Shown here one piece after another: positions 28,071 through 37,592 of a DNA stretch of 64,000 nucleotides. Below the pieces are notes generated by a model. The model ran no database searches and was not told the DNA's origin. It saw only the letters and a list, made by a program, of their open reading frames with translations. This stretch comes from a virus (Duplodnaviria > Heunggongvirae > Uroviricota > Caudoviricetes). A program made the position numbers and the translations under genes. The stretch spans positions 1 to 64,000 of IMG/VR virus record IMGVR_UViG_3300046804_001058. One strand, written 5' to 3'. Each line of letters begins with the position of its first letter. Position 1 is the first letter of the stretch.

Positions 28071-28937
28071 ATGTCTAAAACGGTAATTATAAAATTAACA
28101 GGAGCTGGAAACAGAACAGGACCTTTCAATGTCTACGATGACTTGGGAACAGTCTTAGGTACAAACATATCTAAGAGTAATCTCATTGATGGATATTCAG
28201 TGACTGTTTCTGATTCTGTAGAAATGATTGTTTTAGAATCTACAGGTAAATGTCACACTGTAATAGAGATGGCTATTACACAAATGACTATTGAAGAAAT
28301 AGCAGCTGTGACATACACTCCAATTAACACTGCATCATTGTGGAGACATCTTACTAATACAATGATCTATAATTTCTATTATGGTAATATAGAACCTTAT
28401 ATTATTGAGTATCCTTTCTCATATCAGTCATATGATGAAATCCTTCAGAATGTAAAAGATTACACTAAGGCATATAAGTATTTACCTATTCCAGATGGTG
28501 TGTTTAATGATAACGCTCAGATTGAAACAGACAATCATTGGTTTAATAAAGCCGTGTTGTACAATGGTCAACAATCTACAGGTATATTAGAATTGGTACC
28601 AAAACCAATCAATAACCTAAAAGCATATTTACAATATCCTATCTATGGTACTGAGAGTAAAACTATCATGTACACTAAGTCAGATAATTTCTATCAGTAT
28701 AATACTTTCTGGAGTTTGGTTAGAAATAAATCCGTACCTTTGTTTGAGGTGAGCTGTGAGTCATTATCAATAGATAAAGTGGTAAATCAAGCTAATATGG
28801 ATTATGGAAAAAGATCATATAAGAAAGAGCCACTAAGAGCAAAAGAGTTGAAGGTTAGACATATTCTTGATAACACATCAGAAGCTCATTTGGTATCTCA
28901 ATTCATCATTACACCATCTCAAATCTCTTACAAATAA
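28071..28937 (+). CDS. structural protein with shared N-terminal anchor domain (288 aa)
   Basis: N-terminus 'MSKTVIIKLTGAGNRTGPFNVYDDLGTVLGTNISKSNLIDGYSVTVSDSVEMIVLESTGKCH' is homologous to the N-termini of ORFs 18004 and 19299. Confidence 0.45.
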   Translation: MSKTVIIKLTGAGNRTGPFNVYDDLGTVLGTNISKSNLIDGYSVTVSDSVEMIVLESTGKCHTVIEMAITQMTIEEIAAVTYTPINTASLWRHLTNTMIYNFYYGNIEPYIIEYPFSYQSYDEILQNVKDYTKAYKYLPIPDGVFNDNAQIETDNHWFNKAVLYNGQQSTGILELVPKPINNLKAYLQYPIYGTESKTIMYTKSDNFYQYNTFWSLVRNKSVPLFEVSCESLSIDKVVNQANMDYGKRSYKKEPLRAKELKVRHILDNTSEAHLVSQFIITPSQISYK

Positions 28938-31636
28938 TGGCTAAGTGGTTAGACAAATACGAACAAGGGGGTTTGGTTTTAAAGAAAAAGACCAAAGATA
29001 ACTATGACTTAAAAGCTAATGTCAATGATGTACAAGCATCAGTGGGCCCTGGTTTTGTAGGAGCTGGTTATGATACAACAGGTAGAAACTATTCTCCTGC
29101 ATGGGGTGGACAGTTTCAAGATGGTGGTAGTTTGTGGAATACAGATAGAACAGCTTGGGTAGATAGTATTCATAATGCTAGAAAAGGTGACTTAAACTTT
29201 GTACAAAGATATTTTGATCAGAGTGCAGGTTCTATACAAATACCTGGACAACGTGGTACATCTACTCATTTTATGGAATCAGGAGATGGTAAAGCTTATC
29301 CTACAGTAGTACAAATGCCTAACGGAAAGCTCCAGTATTTGAATCAGAATGATAAAAATGCTGCTTGGAACTATGCTAATAAAACAGGACAATTTATAAA
29401 GTTTCCTACTGATGAACAAGCTGCATGGTATGCAGATAATGGATATAAGAAAGGAACAGGTGTTCTTAAGAAAAAACAAATGGGTGGAAGTATGCCAGGT
29501 GCTGTAGGCTTCATGTACGCACGTACAGCTGGATCTGCTCCTGCTAATGGTAAGTATACTAAGAAGACTAAAGCTAGTGCACAGAATGGTCATGAGATGG
29601 AATTCTATCAAAATGGATTAGACTTCAAACCTAAAACTATAAGCAAGAATGGTTCTGTAATTAAAGATGACATGGGTCAATGGGCTCATCCAGGTGAGAT
29701 AACAGAAATAGGTTCTAACCAAATTACAATGAAAGGTGTAGACTATCCTGTACTTGGTATATCTGATACAGGAGATACTAAACTAATGCAACCTGGTAAG
29801 GATTATAAATTTGAAGGAACTAAGGTAACAGAATATCCAAAAGGTGGTTGGGCAGATAAATATCAAAAAGGAGGAGGATTACCTGCTGCTACATTAACTG
29901 AGAGTAATCCTAAAACAAGTATTACTACAGGAGTTAAATCTGGTACTACTAAATCAACTTCTAAGAATTTAAGTCAGAAAGAAGTTGCACAAATTGAAGA
30001 ACAAGATAGACTTAATAAGTATTTGGCTAATAGAGGAGAGATTAGTGCTGCTGAAGCACCTAGATCTTTTATGTCTAAAGCTATGGCAGTTCTTAGTAAT
30101 CCTGTAACAGCAGCTCAATATGCTATTGCTGGAAGAGGATTACCTGAGCATTTTGATAGGGGTGCGTTAAACCCTCTTGAACATGCTGTGAATATAGTTA
30201 ACCCAATGAGTTATATAAATGCAGTGGGGGATGTTCCTAGTGCAGGATATGAATTTATAAAAGATCCTTCGTTAGCAACAGGAGTAAGACTTGGTGGAGA
30301 TTTGTTACAAGCTGTTCCTTTTGTACATGGAGTAGCTGGAGGTGCTACAGCAATTGGTGAAGAACTTTCTCCATTGGTTAAACAAGGAGTGAAAACATTT
30401 AATGCTACATCAGATATTCCATCTTTAGGTAAGAGATTAAGAAATGCAATATATTCAGGTACAACTGCTAAAGAACTACCTGGAGACATGATGCATCATG
30501 CATATTTTAAAATGACTCCTGAAGAAGTTGCTGCTAAAATTGCAGCAGAGAAAGCAAATGCTCCAGCAGGAGCAATGTTGGGAGATTTAAACATGAGTAT
30601 AAACTCTACTCCTTTGTATTTTACAAATGCAACAAGAGAAGCAAAAACTTTAACTCCTGTAAGAACTGGAGAAATGCAACCTACTAACTTCTTTGGTTGG
30701 AGAGGTAAACGTGTTGAAGATGCTATTCCTGCTGAGATAAAACAAAAATATAGTAATGAGCTATTAGAGTTTAAGAACAATCAATTAGATTGGGAGAATA
30801 GGATTAAAAATGCTGCTCCTGAAGAAAGAAATAGACTAGTTAGAGAAAAGCTTGCATACGAGGAAGATAACAATCCTGTCATGAAAATGTTAAGATATGC
30901 TAGACAGGAAGAACCAGATAGCTATGATCAGTTTGTTAAAAACTATAAACCTGAGATGGATAGACCTATTGAAAGATTAAATAGTGCTACAGGTTTAAAT
31001 TTCCCAATGTCTAATGTTACAGGTGATAGATTTTTTCCAGGATTCTATGAAACTCCTACAGCTATATCTATTAAGAATCCAAATGCTAGGGTGACAGGAA
31101 TGTTAAAAGAGGCTGGTAAAAAAGGTTTAAAGGCATTCAATGAAGAGAGTGGATTAGAAGCACTTTCTAAATTTAATCCTAGTGATATAAAAGCTGCTAA
31201 CAAATTAAAGAAAGAAAGAATAAATAGTATACATGCTGACTATGAACGTAATTTAAATAATTTAGATCAAGAGTTAGAAGGAGAAGATAGACTGTTTGAA
31301 GAAAATTATCTTAGAGATATAAGAGATAACGAAATCCAATCAGTAGAACGTACAAATAGTAAACAGTTATTAGAAAGACATAGAGAACAGGAGGCACGTA
31401 GAGCTAATCAAGATAGAACTGATATGGCTTATATCATTCGTAATCAAGTTCAAGATCATGGAATTATTCCTGATAGAGATGTTATGGAAACAATTACAGG
31501 GCATAGAGATAGAATTCGTTTAAATGAACTTAACAGAGATCAATTAAGAGACATTCTAGAACATCTTTCTGAAAGAAGAGCTGCTGGTCACATTAGACAA
31601 CAAGAAAACGGTGGCTGGTTAAATAAATATAAATAA
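28937..31636 (+). CDS. large virion protein (899 aa) with a thrice-repeated GGW-x-(D/N)KY motif
   Basis: KWLDKYEQGG at the N-terminus, GGWADKYQKGGG mid-protein, GGWLNKYK at the extreme C-terminus. Confidence 0.45.
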   Translation: MAKWLDKYEQGGLVLKKKTKDNYDLKANVNDVQASVGPGFVGAGYDTTGRNYSPAWGGQFQDGGSLWNTDRTAWVDSIHNARKGDLNFVQRYFDQSAGSIQIPGQRGTSTHFMESGDGKAYPTVVQMPNGKLQYLNQNDKNAAWNYANKTGQFIKFPTDEQAAWYADNGYKKGTGVLKKKQMGGSMPGAVGFMYARTAGSAPANGKYTKKTKASAQNGHEMEFYQNGLDFKPKTISKNGSVIKDDMGQWAHPGEITEIGSNQITMKGVDYPVLGISDTGDTKLMQPGKDYKFEGTKVTEYPKGGWADKYQKGGGLPAATLTESNPKTSITTGVKSGTTKSTSKNLSQKEVAQIEEQDRLNKYLANRGEISAAEAPRSFMSKAMAVLSNPVTAAQYAIAGRGLPEHFDRGALNPLEHAVNIVNPMSYINAVGDVPSAGYEFIKDPSLATGVRLGGDLLQAVPFVHGVAGGATAIGEELSPLVKQGVKTFNATSDIPSLGKRLRNAIYSGTTAKELPGDMMHHAYFKMTPEEVAAKIAAEKANAPAGAMLGDLNMSINSTPLYFTNATREAKTLTPVRTGEMQPTNFFGWRGKRVEDAIPAEIKQKYSNELLEFKNNQLDWENRIKNAAPEERNRLVREKLAYEEDNNPVMKMLRYARQEEPDSYDQFVKNYKPEMDRPIERLNSATGLNFPMSNVTGDRFFPGFYETPTAISIKNPNARVTGMLKEAGKKGLKAFNEESGLEALSKFNPSDIKAANKLKKERINSIHADYERNLNNLDQELEGEDRLFEENYLRDIRDNEIQSVERTNSKQLLERHREQEARRANQDRTDMAYIIRNQVQDHGIIPDRDVMETITGHRDRIRLNELNRDQLRDILEHLSERRAAGHIRQQENGGWLNKYK

Positions 31637-31654
31637 ATCATACAATAGATTAAT

Positions 31655-34600
31655 ATGAAAGATCAACTCTTAAAGATCGCTAAAGTTAAATCTGAAAAGG
31701 AATTCTACAAGAAGTATCCTACAGAAGAAGCATTTATGAAGGCTCATGGTAAAGCATTCAAGAAAGCTGCTATGGGAAAAGCTATGGTGGCTGAACAATT
31801 AGATCAGTTAACTGATTTTAGTGGCGAACCAAAAGCACAAGTAGGTACAATGATTGGAGGTGGTAGTTCAGCTCCTAATGCTAAACCTATGGCATTCAAT
31901 GATCTAATGGCAGGTGCTTCTGCTAACAACATGGGTATTACTAAAGAACAGTATCAGAAACAACAAGACACACAAGCTCTTGCTGCTAATGCTGCTCCTG
32001 CTAAACAAGATGATGGTGGTTTTGGAAATATGTTATCTGAAGTTGCTACTCATTTTACTGAAGGTGATACAGGTGAATATGGTTATAGTTTACCAATGGC
32101 TCAGAATGGTTTTGATTTTACAAAACTAGGTAATGTTATTGGAACAGGTTTTCAAAAACAAGGTGGTCTTGGTAGTGGACTTGCTGACATGTTTGGTGGA
32201 AAAGGTACGTCTAAAGGTATCATGGATGCTAGTCAAAATATGTTTAAAGGTAAGGGTCTTGTTGGAGGATTAAAAACTTTAGGTACATCTGAAGGATTAG
32301 GTGCTGCTGGCAAAGCTGCAGGTTTAGGAGTTTTAAATGCTGCTCCTCAAATCTTACAAGGTATTGGTCAAATCAAAGAACAAAAAGCAGCTATTAAGAA
32401 AGCAGATCAATCTGCTCAGATATCAGGACTTACTGCACAGGCTGCTGAGTCACAACCTCAATTACAAAAAAATAGATACGTAAGACCAGAAGATACGTTG
32501 GTACAACCAGGACAGTTAGGTAATCCTCAAGGTGGAGGTACAAACTACCTTGCTCAGAATGGTACAACTGTTGGAGGTAATAAAACAGAAATTCAGAATT
32601 CATATAATAGCCCTTTAGATATATATTCAAACCTTGGATATACACCATTAAGCAATGGTGATGTTAAACAATATGCTTACGGTGGTAACTTACCTACAGC
32701 TGAGTTTGGTGATTACTTTCAAGATTCAGGTCAAGCATCTATTGGTAAAGGTGTAGGTTCTGCAATTGGTAGTGCATTTGGTCCATTAGGTAGTACTATT
32801 GGTGGATTCTTAGGTGGTGTTGCTGGTAACCTATTAGGTGGTGCTGATGATGCTAATAAGCTTGCAGGTTTCCAAGATACAACAAAGAAGAATACAGAAA
32901 GAGCTGCTTGGGCACAAGGTGCTCAGAATATACATTCTACATATTCTAGCAATATGGAAGATGGTGGATGGGTAAGTAATGATTGGCAGCCACAGGTGAT
33001 TGCTACATTTGGTGAACATAAGTTAAAAGACTTATTGCAGCCTCCTCATGATGCAGATATGTTACGTGCTGGTGGTCATTTAAAAGAATACACTCCTCCT
33101 AGTGCAGAGGCTATGTACACAGGAAGAGAACAATTTGCTATGGGTGGTGATTTAAAAGTTCACCGTGGCAAAGCTGAAACAATGTCTTATAATCCATACT
33201 TACCAGAAGGTGGTGAAACTGTAATGTTCAGAGGTCCTTCTCATGACAATGGTGGTATGCCAATTAGCTATGGTGAGAATGGTGTAGAGGTAGAAGGTGG
33301 TGAACCAGCTGTTAAATTAGCAGATGGTGGTTCTCCAGATGGAAACTTGGTAGTATTTGGTAACATGATGATTCCTGACTATGGTGTTAAAGAGATTGGT
33401 GATGACAAAGCTAAAGGTAAGAAGTTTAAACACTACATTGCAGATCTTAGCAAGGTGGAGGCTAAACAAAATAGAATTATAGACAAATCAATTAAAACGG
33501 TTAATAGCATTGATAGTGACAATCCATTTGATCAATTAGCAATGAATGCTAGCCGTGCTAACCTATTAGGAGCTAATATGAAATTAAAAGATATTGCTGG
33601 TAAGAAGCAAGCAGCTGCAATGGTACAGAATGCAATCCTTGATACAGCCAATGAGTTTGGTGTAGAGAGTGATGGTTTATCCAAAGGACAAATCAAGCCT
33701 ATCAAAGACCCATTAATTGGTAGAGATGGTAAGAAGTTGTCAAAAGCTCAGAGTGGATCTATTGTAGATTTACTAGCAAAGAATAACCAAAAGACAGATA
33801 AGTCATCAAGAGCTGCTCTTGCAGAAAGTTTAGGAATCGTTAAGAAAGCTAAAGACTATGTAGGAAGTGCTAAACAAAATAGTGCTCTATATAATGCATA
33901 TTCTAATTTTAGTAAGGGTGGAGTTAACAATAATGTTACTATCCCTTATGCCCCTGCACCTGCTTCTGGAGTATTAGACTTCCTTAAAAAAGCTCCTTTC
34001 TTAAATCCAAATAATGCTACTAACAATAACATTGTTCCATATAGCCCAGGTTATACAGGTAACTCATTACCAGATGTTACAGTTTCTGCAAAGAGAAAAA
34101 CTGTTGATCATCCTCCTAGCATTGAAGATATGCCAGGTGATATCAAAGGACCTAAAGGTAAAAAAGGTAAAGGTAAGTTTGATTGGAATACAGCTGCTTT
34201 AACATTGGCTTCTGGATTAGGTGATTATTTCAGACCTCACACTAAGTCTACATTAGATCCAAATCAACTTATGGGTGAGATGTATGCATTAGGTAGTAAC
34301 CAACAAGAGCCTGTATATGCTCAAACATATCAGCCAATGTTGGATAATCCTTATGACATTTCATTACAAGATCAAGTAAATGCTATTGACTCTCAATCTA
34401 GAGCTGCTATTAGAGCTGCTGGTAATGACCCTGCTTCTCAAGCTTACATTATGAGTCAAGCTGCTGATCTTAAGAACAAAGTGTTGGGTGAGCAAATGAG
34501 AATCAACCAAGCTAATAAAGCTCAAGTTTATCAAGCTAATAGAGCGGCAATTAATGATGCTGTATTAAAGAACATAGGAATCCTTGATACTCAACAAGTT

Positions 34601-34933
34601 AGACAAGCAACAGCTAAGTCTAAGACTAAAGAACAAGCTATTGAAGCTCTTGGTTCTATTGCTAGCAAGATTGCACAGAACAAGCTTGAGAACAGAAACT
34701 TGAATGTTATGGAGAACTTATATGGATACAGATTCAATGAGGCAGGTACTGTTTACAATGCAAACAATCCTTACTTCTTTAACAATCCTACGGTAGGTGC
34801 CAACTCATTAGGTAACATGTCTGAATATGAAAAAGCAAAGGCAATTACTAATGCTTATGAAAAGAAGTTTAAGAATGAAGGAAAGGAAGAAAAAAGAAAC
34901 GGTGCTATTGTAAAAGCTCTTAAAAACATCTAA
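31655..34933 (+). CDS. large Gly-rich virion protein (1092 aa); possible ejected or internal protein
   Basis: Long Gly/Ala/Gln-rich low-complexity tracts plus a globular middle region; no catalytic motif assigned with confidence. Confidence 0.4.
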   Translation: MKDQLLKIAKVKSEKEFYKKYPTEEAFMKAHGKAFKKAAMGKAMVAEQLDQLTDFSGEPKAQVGTMIGGGSSAPNAKPMAFNDLMAGASANNMGITKEQYQKQQDTQALAANAAPAKQDDGGFGNMLSEVATHFTEGDTGEYGYSLPMAQNGFDFTKLGNVIGTGFQKQGGLGSGLADMFGGKGTSKGIMDASQNMFKGKGLVGGLKTLGTSEGLGAAGKAAGLGVLNAAPQILQGIGQIKEQKAAIKKADQSAQISGLTAQAAESQPQLQKNRYVRPEDTLVQPGQLGNPQGGGTNYLAQNGTTVGGNKTEIQNSYNSPLDIYSNLGYTPLSNGDVKQYAYGGNLPTAEFGDYFQDSGQASIGKGVGSAIGSAFGPLGSTIGGFLGGVAGNLLGGADDANKLAGFQDTTKKNTERAAWAQGAQNIHSTYSSNMEDGGWVSNDWQPQVIATFGEHKLKDLLQPPHDADMLRAGGHLKEYTPPSAEAMYTGREQFAMGGDLKVHRGKAETMSYNPYLPEGGETVMFRGPSHDNGGMPISYGENGVEVEGGEPAVKLADGGSPDGNLVVFGNMMIPDYGVKEIGDDKAKGKKFKHYIADLSKVEAKQNRIIDKSIKTVNSIDSDNPFDQLAMNASRANLLGANMKLKDIAGKKQAAAMVQNAILDTANEFGVESDGLSKGQIKPIKDPLIGRDGKKLSKAQSGSIVDLLAKNNQKTDKSSRAALAESLGIVKKAKDYVGSAKQNSALYNAYSNFSKGGVNNNVTIPYAPAPASGVLDFLKKAPFLNPNNATNNNIVPYSPGYTGNSLPDVTVSAKRKTVDHPPSIEDMPGDIKGPKGKKGKGKFDWNTAALTLASGLGDYFRPHTKSTLDPNQLMGEMYALGSNQQEPVYAQTYQPMLDNPYDISLQDQVNAIDSQSRAAIRAAGNDPASQAYIMSQAADLKNKVLGEQMRINQANKAQVYQANRAAINDAVLKNIGILDTQQVRQATAKSKTKEQAIEALGSIASKIAQNKLENRNLNVMENLYGYRFNEAGTVYNANNPYFFNNPTVGANSLGNMSEYEKAKAITNAYEKKFKNEGKEEKRNGAIVKALKNI

Positions 34934-34944
34934 TCAATTCAGTT

Positions 34945-34992
34945 ATACCAAGTTAATCAAAACAGTTAAAACTCTTGGTATTTATAATAATT
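34945..34992 (+). terminator. hairpin (ATACCAAG/CTTGGTAT, 8-bp perfect stem) plus T/A-rich tail
   Basis: Stem at 34945-34952 and 34974-34981, 21-nt loop, then TTTATAATAATTT. Confidence 0.4.
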
Positions 34993-35019
34993 TAAATTAC
35001 ATTTGCTAATTCTTATATC

Positions 35020-37590
35020 ATGGCTTCATTTACAGACCAAATATCAAAATTTAATCCTTATATAGCACAATTGCCTACAGACGCAATGGTGAAAGTGGGC
35101 ATGTACAAACAGGCTCAGTATGACGCTGGTGTGCAAAAGATCCAGTCCTATATGGATAACATAGCTGGAATGGATGTATACAATGAAGGAGATAAAGCAT
35201 ACTTACAGTCTAAGCTTGATGGTCTAGGAGATAATCTTAAAATGGTTGCTGCTGGAGATTTCTCTAATCAGCAATTAGTTAACTCTGTAGGGGGTATGGC
35301 AACTCAAATTGTTAAAGACCCTAATGTCCAAAACGCTCTTGCTCAAACAGCACAGTTTAGAAAGATTCTATCTAGAATTGAAAAAGACCAAACTGATGGT
35401 AAAGCAGGTGCAAACAATATAGAAGATTTCTATGCACAAGCTAAACCTTGGATAGAGAGTAAAACACCTGGAGCAAAGCTACAAGCTAGCTATTCTCAAT
35501 ATAGAGATGTTAGTAAAGAAGCTTTGGAGATTATAAAGAACTTGCATCCTGAACTAAGATCTATTGATATTCCATTTTTAATACAAGATGGTAAGATTAA
35601 TAGTAAAGCTATTGGGGATGCAATGAAACGTAATAAAATTGAAGGTGTTACAGAAGGTCAGATTGAAACAGCCTTGAGAGCTGGGTTATCTGCAGAAGCT
35701 TATAACCAATTAGCTATTGATGGTAGATCTAAGTTTAGAGATGTGTCTGAAGATAAATTAAATTTTATCATCAACACTGACTTAGCTGAAACTAAAAAGA
35801 ATGATGCAATTGAGCTTGCCAACTTAAAAGAGCAATTAACCACTCAAGTACAAGATCCAGTGTTAACTTCACAACTTGAGAAGAGAATTAAGTATTACGA
35901 AACTAGATTAGGTGTTGATGGTCAACCTGGCACATTAGATGCACAAGCTAAAGCTAACTTAGAGATGGTTAGAACCAACCCAAATAAGGTGAAGGAAGCA
36001 TTGTATACACAAGGTTTCTTCCAACAGTTTGGTAATGGTTTCAAGTGGAGAAATGAAGACTATAGCTACCAAACAAATCCATTCAAGACTCAGGAAAACT
36101 GGATTAAAGAAATGGATCTTAAGTGGGCATCTGAAAATAGACAAAGAATTCAAGGAGAAAAAAGTCTTGCTTTACAAGAAAGAAAGGTGATAGTTGATGA
36201 AAAACAATTAGAACTTGATATGCAAGCTGCTTTTGGTACTCCAGGTATTCCTGTAGAAGAAGGTAATGCAACTGATAATACATTAAAGTCTCCTGAGAGA
36301 TTAGATGGTCACATGTCTAATGTTGCAAAGACTATCATAGGAGATAAGCAATCTTTGATGAACCAAGGTTTTACAGATGCTCAAGTTAATGGTATGGTTG
36401 CTGACTATGCTAAGAATGGTAATAAAGCTAATGTTCCTGCTACAGCAATTGGAACTATCCAAGACATCTTAAAGCAACAACAATATTTCAATGATTTAAA
36501 GAACTTAAAAGAGTCTACAAGAGCTGAAGCAACTGCTGAGGTTTTAAAAGATCATGGTCTTGCTGCTAAGAGAGCACAAGGAGAAGCTTATATACAAGCT
36601 AACTTTGATCCACGTAAGAGAGTATCCTCTAGAACATACGATGGTTTACCAATAGCTTTAGATGAGAAATCATTTATGGATGGTGTTAGAAATGGTACTA
36701 TTACATACAGTATTGATAAAGCTCCTCTTGGTGAATATAGATTAAATATTAATGGACGTCAAGTAGAATTTAAAAAGTCAGGATATGGATCAAATCCTGA
36801 GTTTGCAAAGTTGATTGAAAAAGCACATAGTTATTATACTAAGTATGGTAGTGTGGAAAAAGATATTGCAAAGAAAACAGATGATCTATTCAGACAAAAG
36901 CTAGGTTCTAGAGTTGCTGAATTAGTTCCAACAATTACAGGTATAGGTTTTGGTAAGGACCATATGGTACCAACAAACATTGCTAATAACTTAGTTGCAT
37001 TTATTGGAGCTGCTGATGCTAAAGAAATTGCTGCTGATGAGAACTACAGTACTGAAACAGCTGCAAAGAGACTTACAGGTGACAACTTAAAGAATACTAA
37101 AGTGTTACTTCGTCAAACTGCTGATGGATATCAAGCAATCATTAGAGACCTTACTGATATGAAAAATGATCAAGTGTTAAACATGACTCAAGATCAAGCT
37201 ATCAAAACATTTGGAGCTCAATATGTAAATACTAATAAACAAGATGCATTAAGAATTAGAGCTGGTAGAGGTAGTAATAATGTTAATGGAAAACCTCAAT
37301 CTGCACCTATGCAGACTCAGTTTGGTGACTTCCCTAATATCCATAGCTTCCAAGTAACAGCTCAGTTAGATGAAGATGCTAAGTACAAAGGACAATTTGT
37401 ACCAAAGATTCACTTAATGAAGAACGATGGTTCATATCAAACATTTGAAATCTCTGGAAAAAACAGATCTCAAAGACTTGGATATGATCAAGGTAAACAA
37501 CAATTAAGTAATTTAACAGATGACACACTATTAAAACTGTTAAAAGAGTCTTATCCTAAATATGATTTTTCTCAAATCTACAGAAAATAA
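35020..37590 (+). CDS. large virion protein (856 aa)
   Basis: ORF; no motif recognised. Confidence 0.4.
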   Translation: MASFTDQISKFNPYIAQLPTDAMVKVGMYKQAQYDAGVQKIQSYMDNIAGMDVYNEGDKAYLQSKLDGLGDNLKMVAAGDFSNQQLVNSVGGMATQIVKDPNVQNALAQTAQFRKILSRIEKDQTDGKAGANNIEDFYAQAKPWIESKTPGAKLQASYSQYRDVSKEALEIIKNLHPELRSIDIPFLIQDGKINSKAIGDAMKRNKIEGVTEGQIETALRAGLSAEAYNQLAIDGRSKFRDVSEDKLNFIINTDLAETKKNDAIELANLKEQLTTQVQDPVLTSQLEKRIKYYETRLGVDGQPGTLDAQAKANLEMVRTNPNKVKEALYTQGFFQQFGNGFKWRNEDYSYQTNPFKTQENWIKEMDLKWASENRQRIQGEKSLALQERKVIVDEKQLELDMQAAFGTPGIPVEEGNATDNTLKSPERLDGHMSNVAKTIIGDKQSLMNQGFTDAQVNGMVADYAKNGNKANVPATAIGTIQDILKQQQYFNDLKNLKESTRAEATAEVLKDHGLAAKRAQGEAYIQANFDPRKRVSSRTYDGLPIALDEKSFMDGVRNGTITYSIDKAPLGEYRLNINGRQVEFKKSGYGSNPEFAKLIEKAHSYYTKYGSVEKDIAKKTDDLFRQKLGSRVAELVPTITGIGFGKDHMVPTNIANNLVAFIGAADAKEIAADENYSTETAAKRLTGDNLKNTKVLLRQTADGYQAIIRDLTDMKNDQVLNMTQDQAIKTFGAQYVNTNKQDALRIRAGRGSNNVNGKPQSAPMQTQFGDFPNIHSFQVTAQLDEDAKYKGQFVPKIHLMKNDGSYQTFEISGKNRSQRLGYDQGKQQLSNLTDDTLLKLLKESYPKYDFSQIYRK

Positions 37591-37592
37591 CT

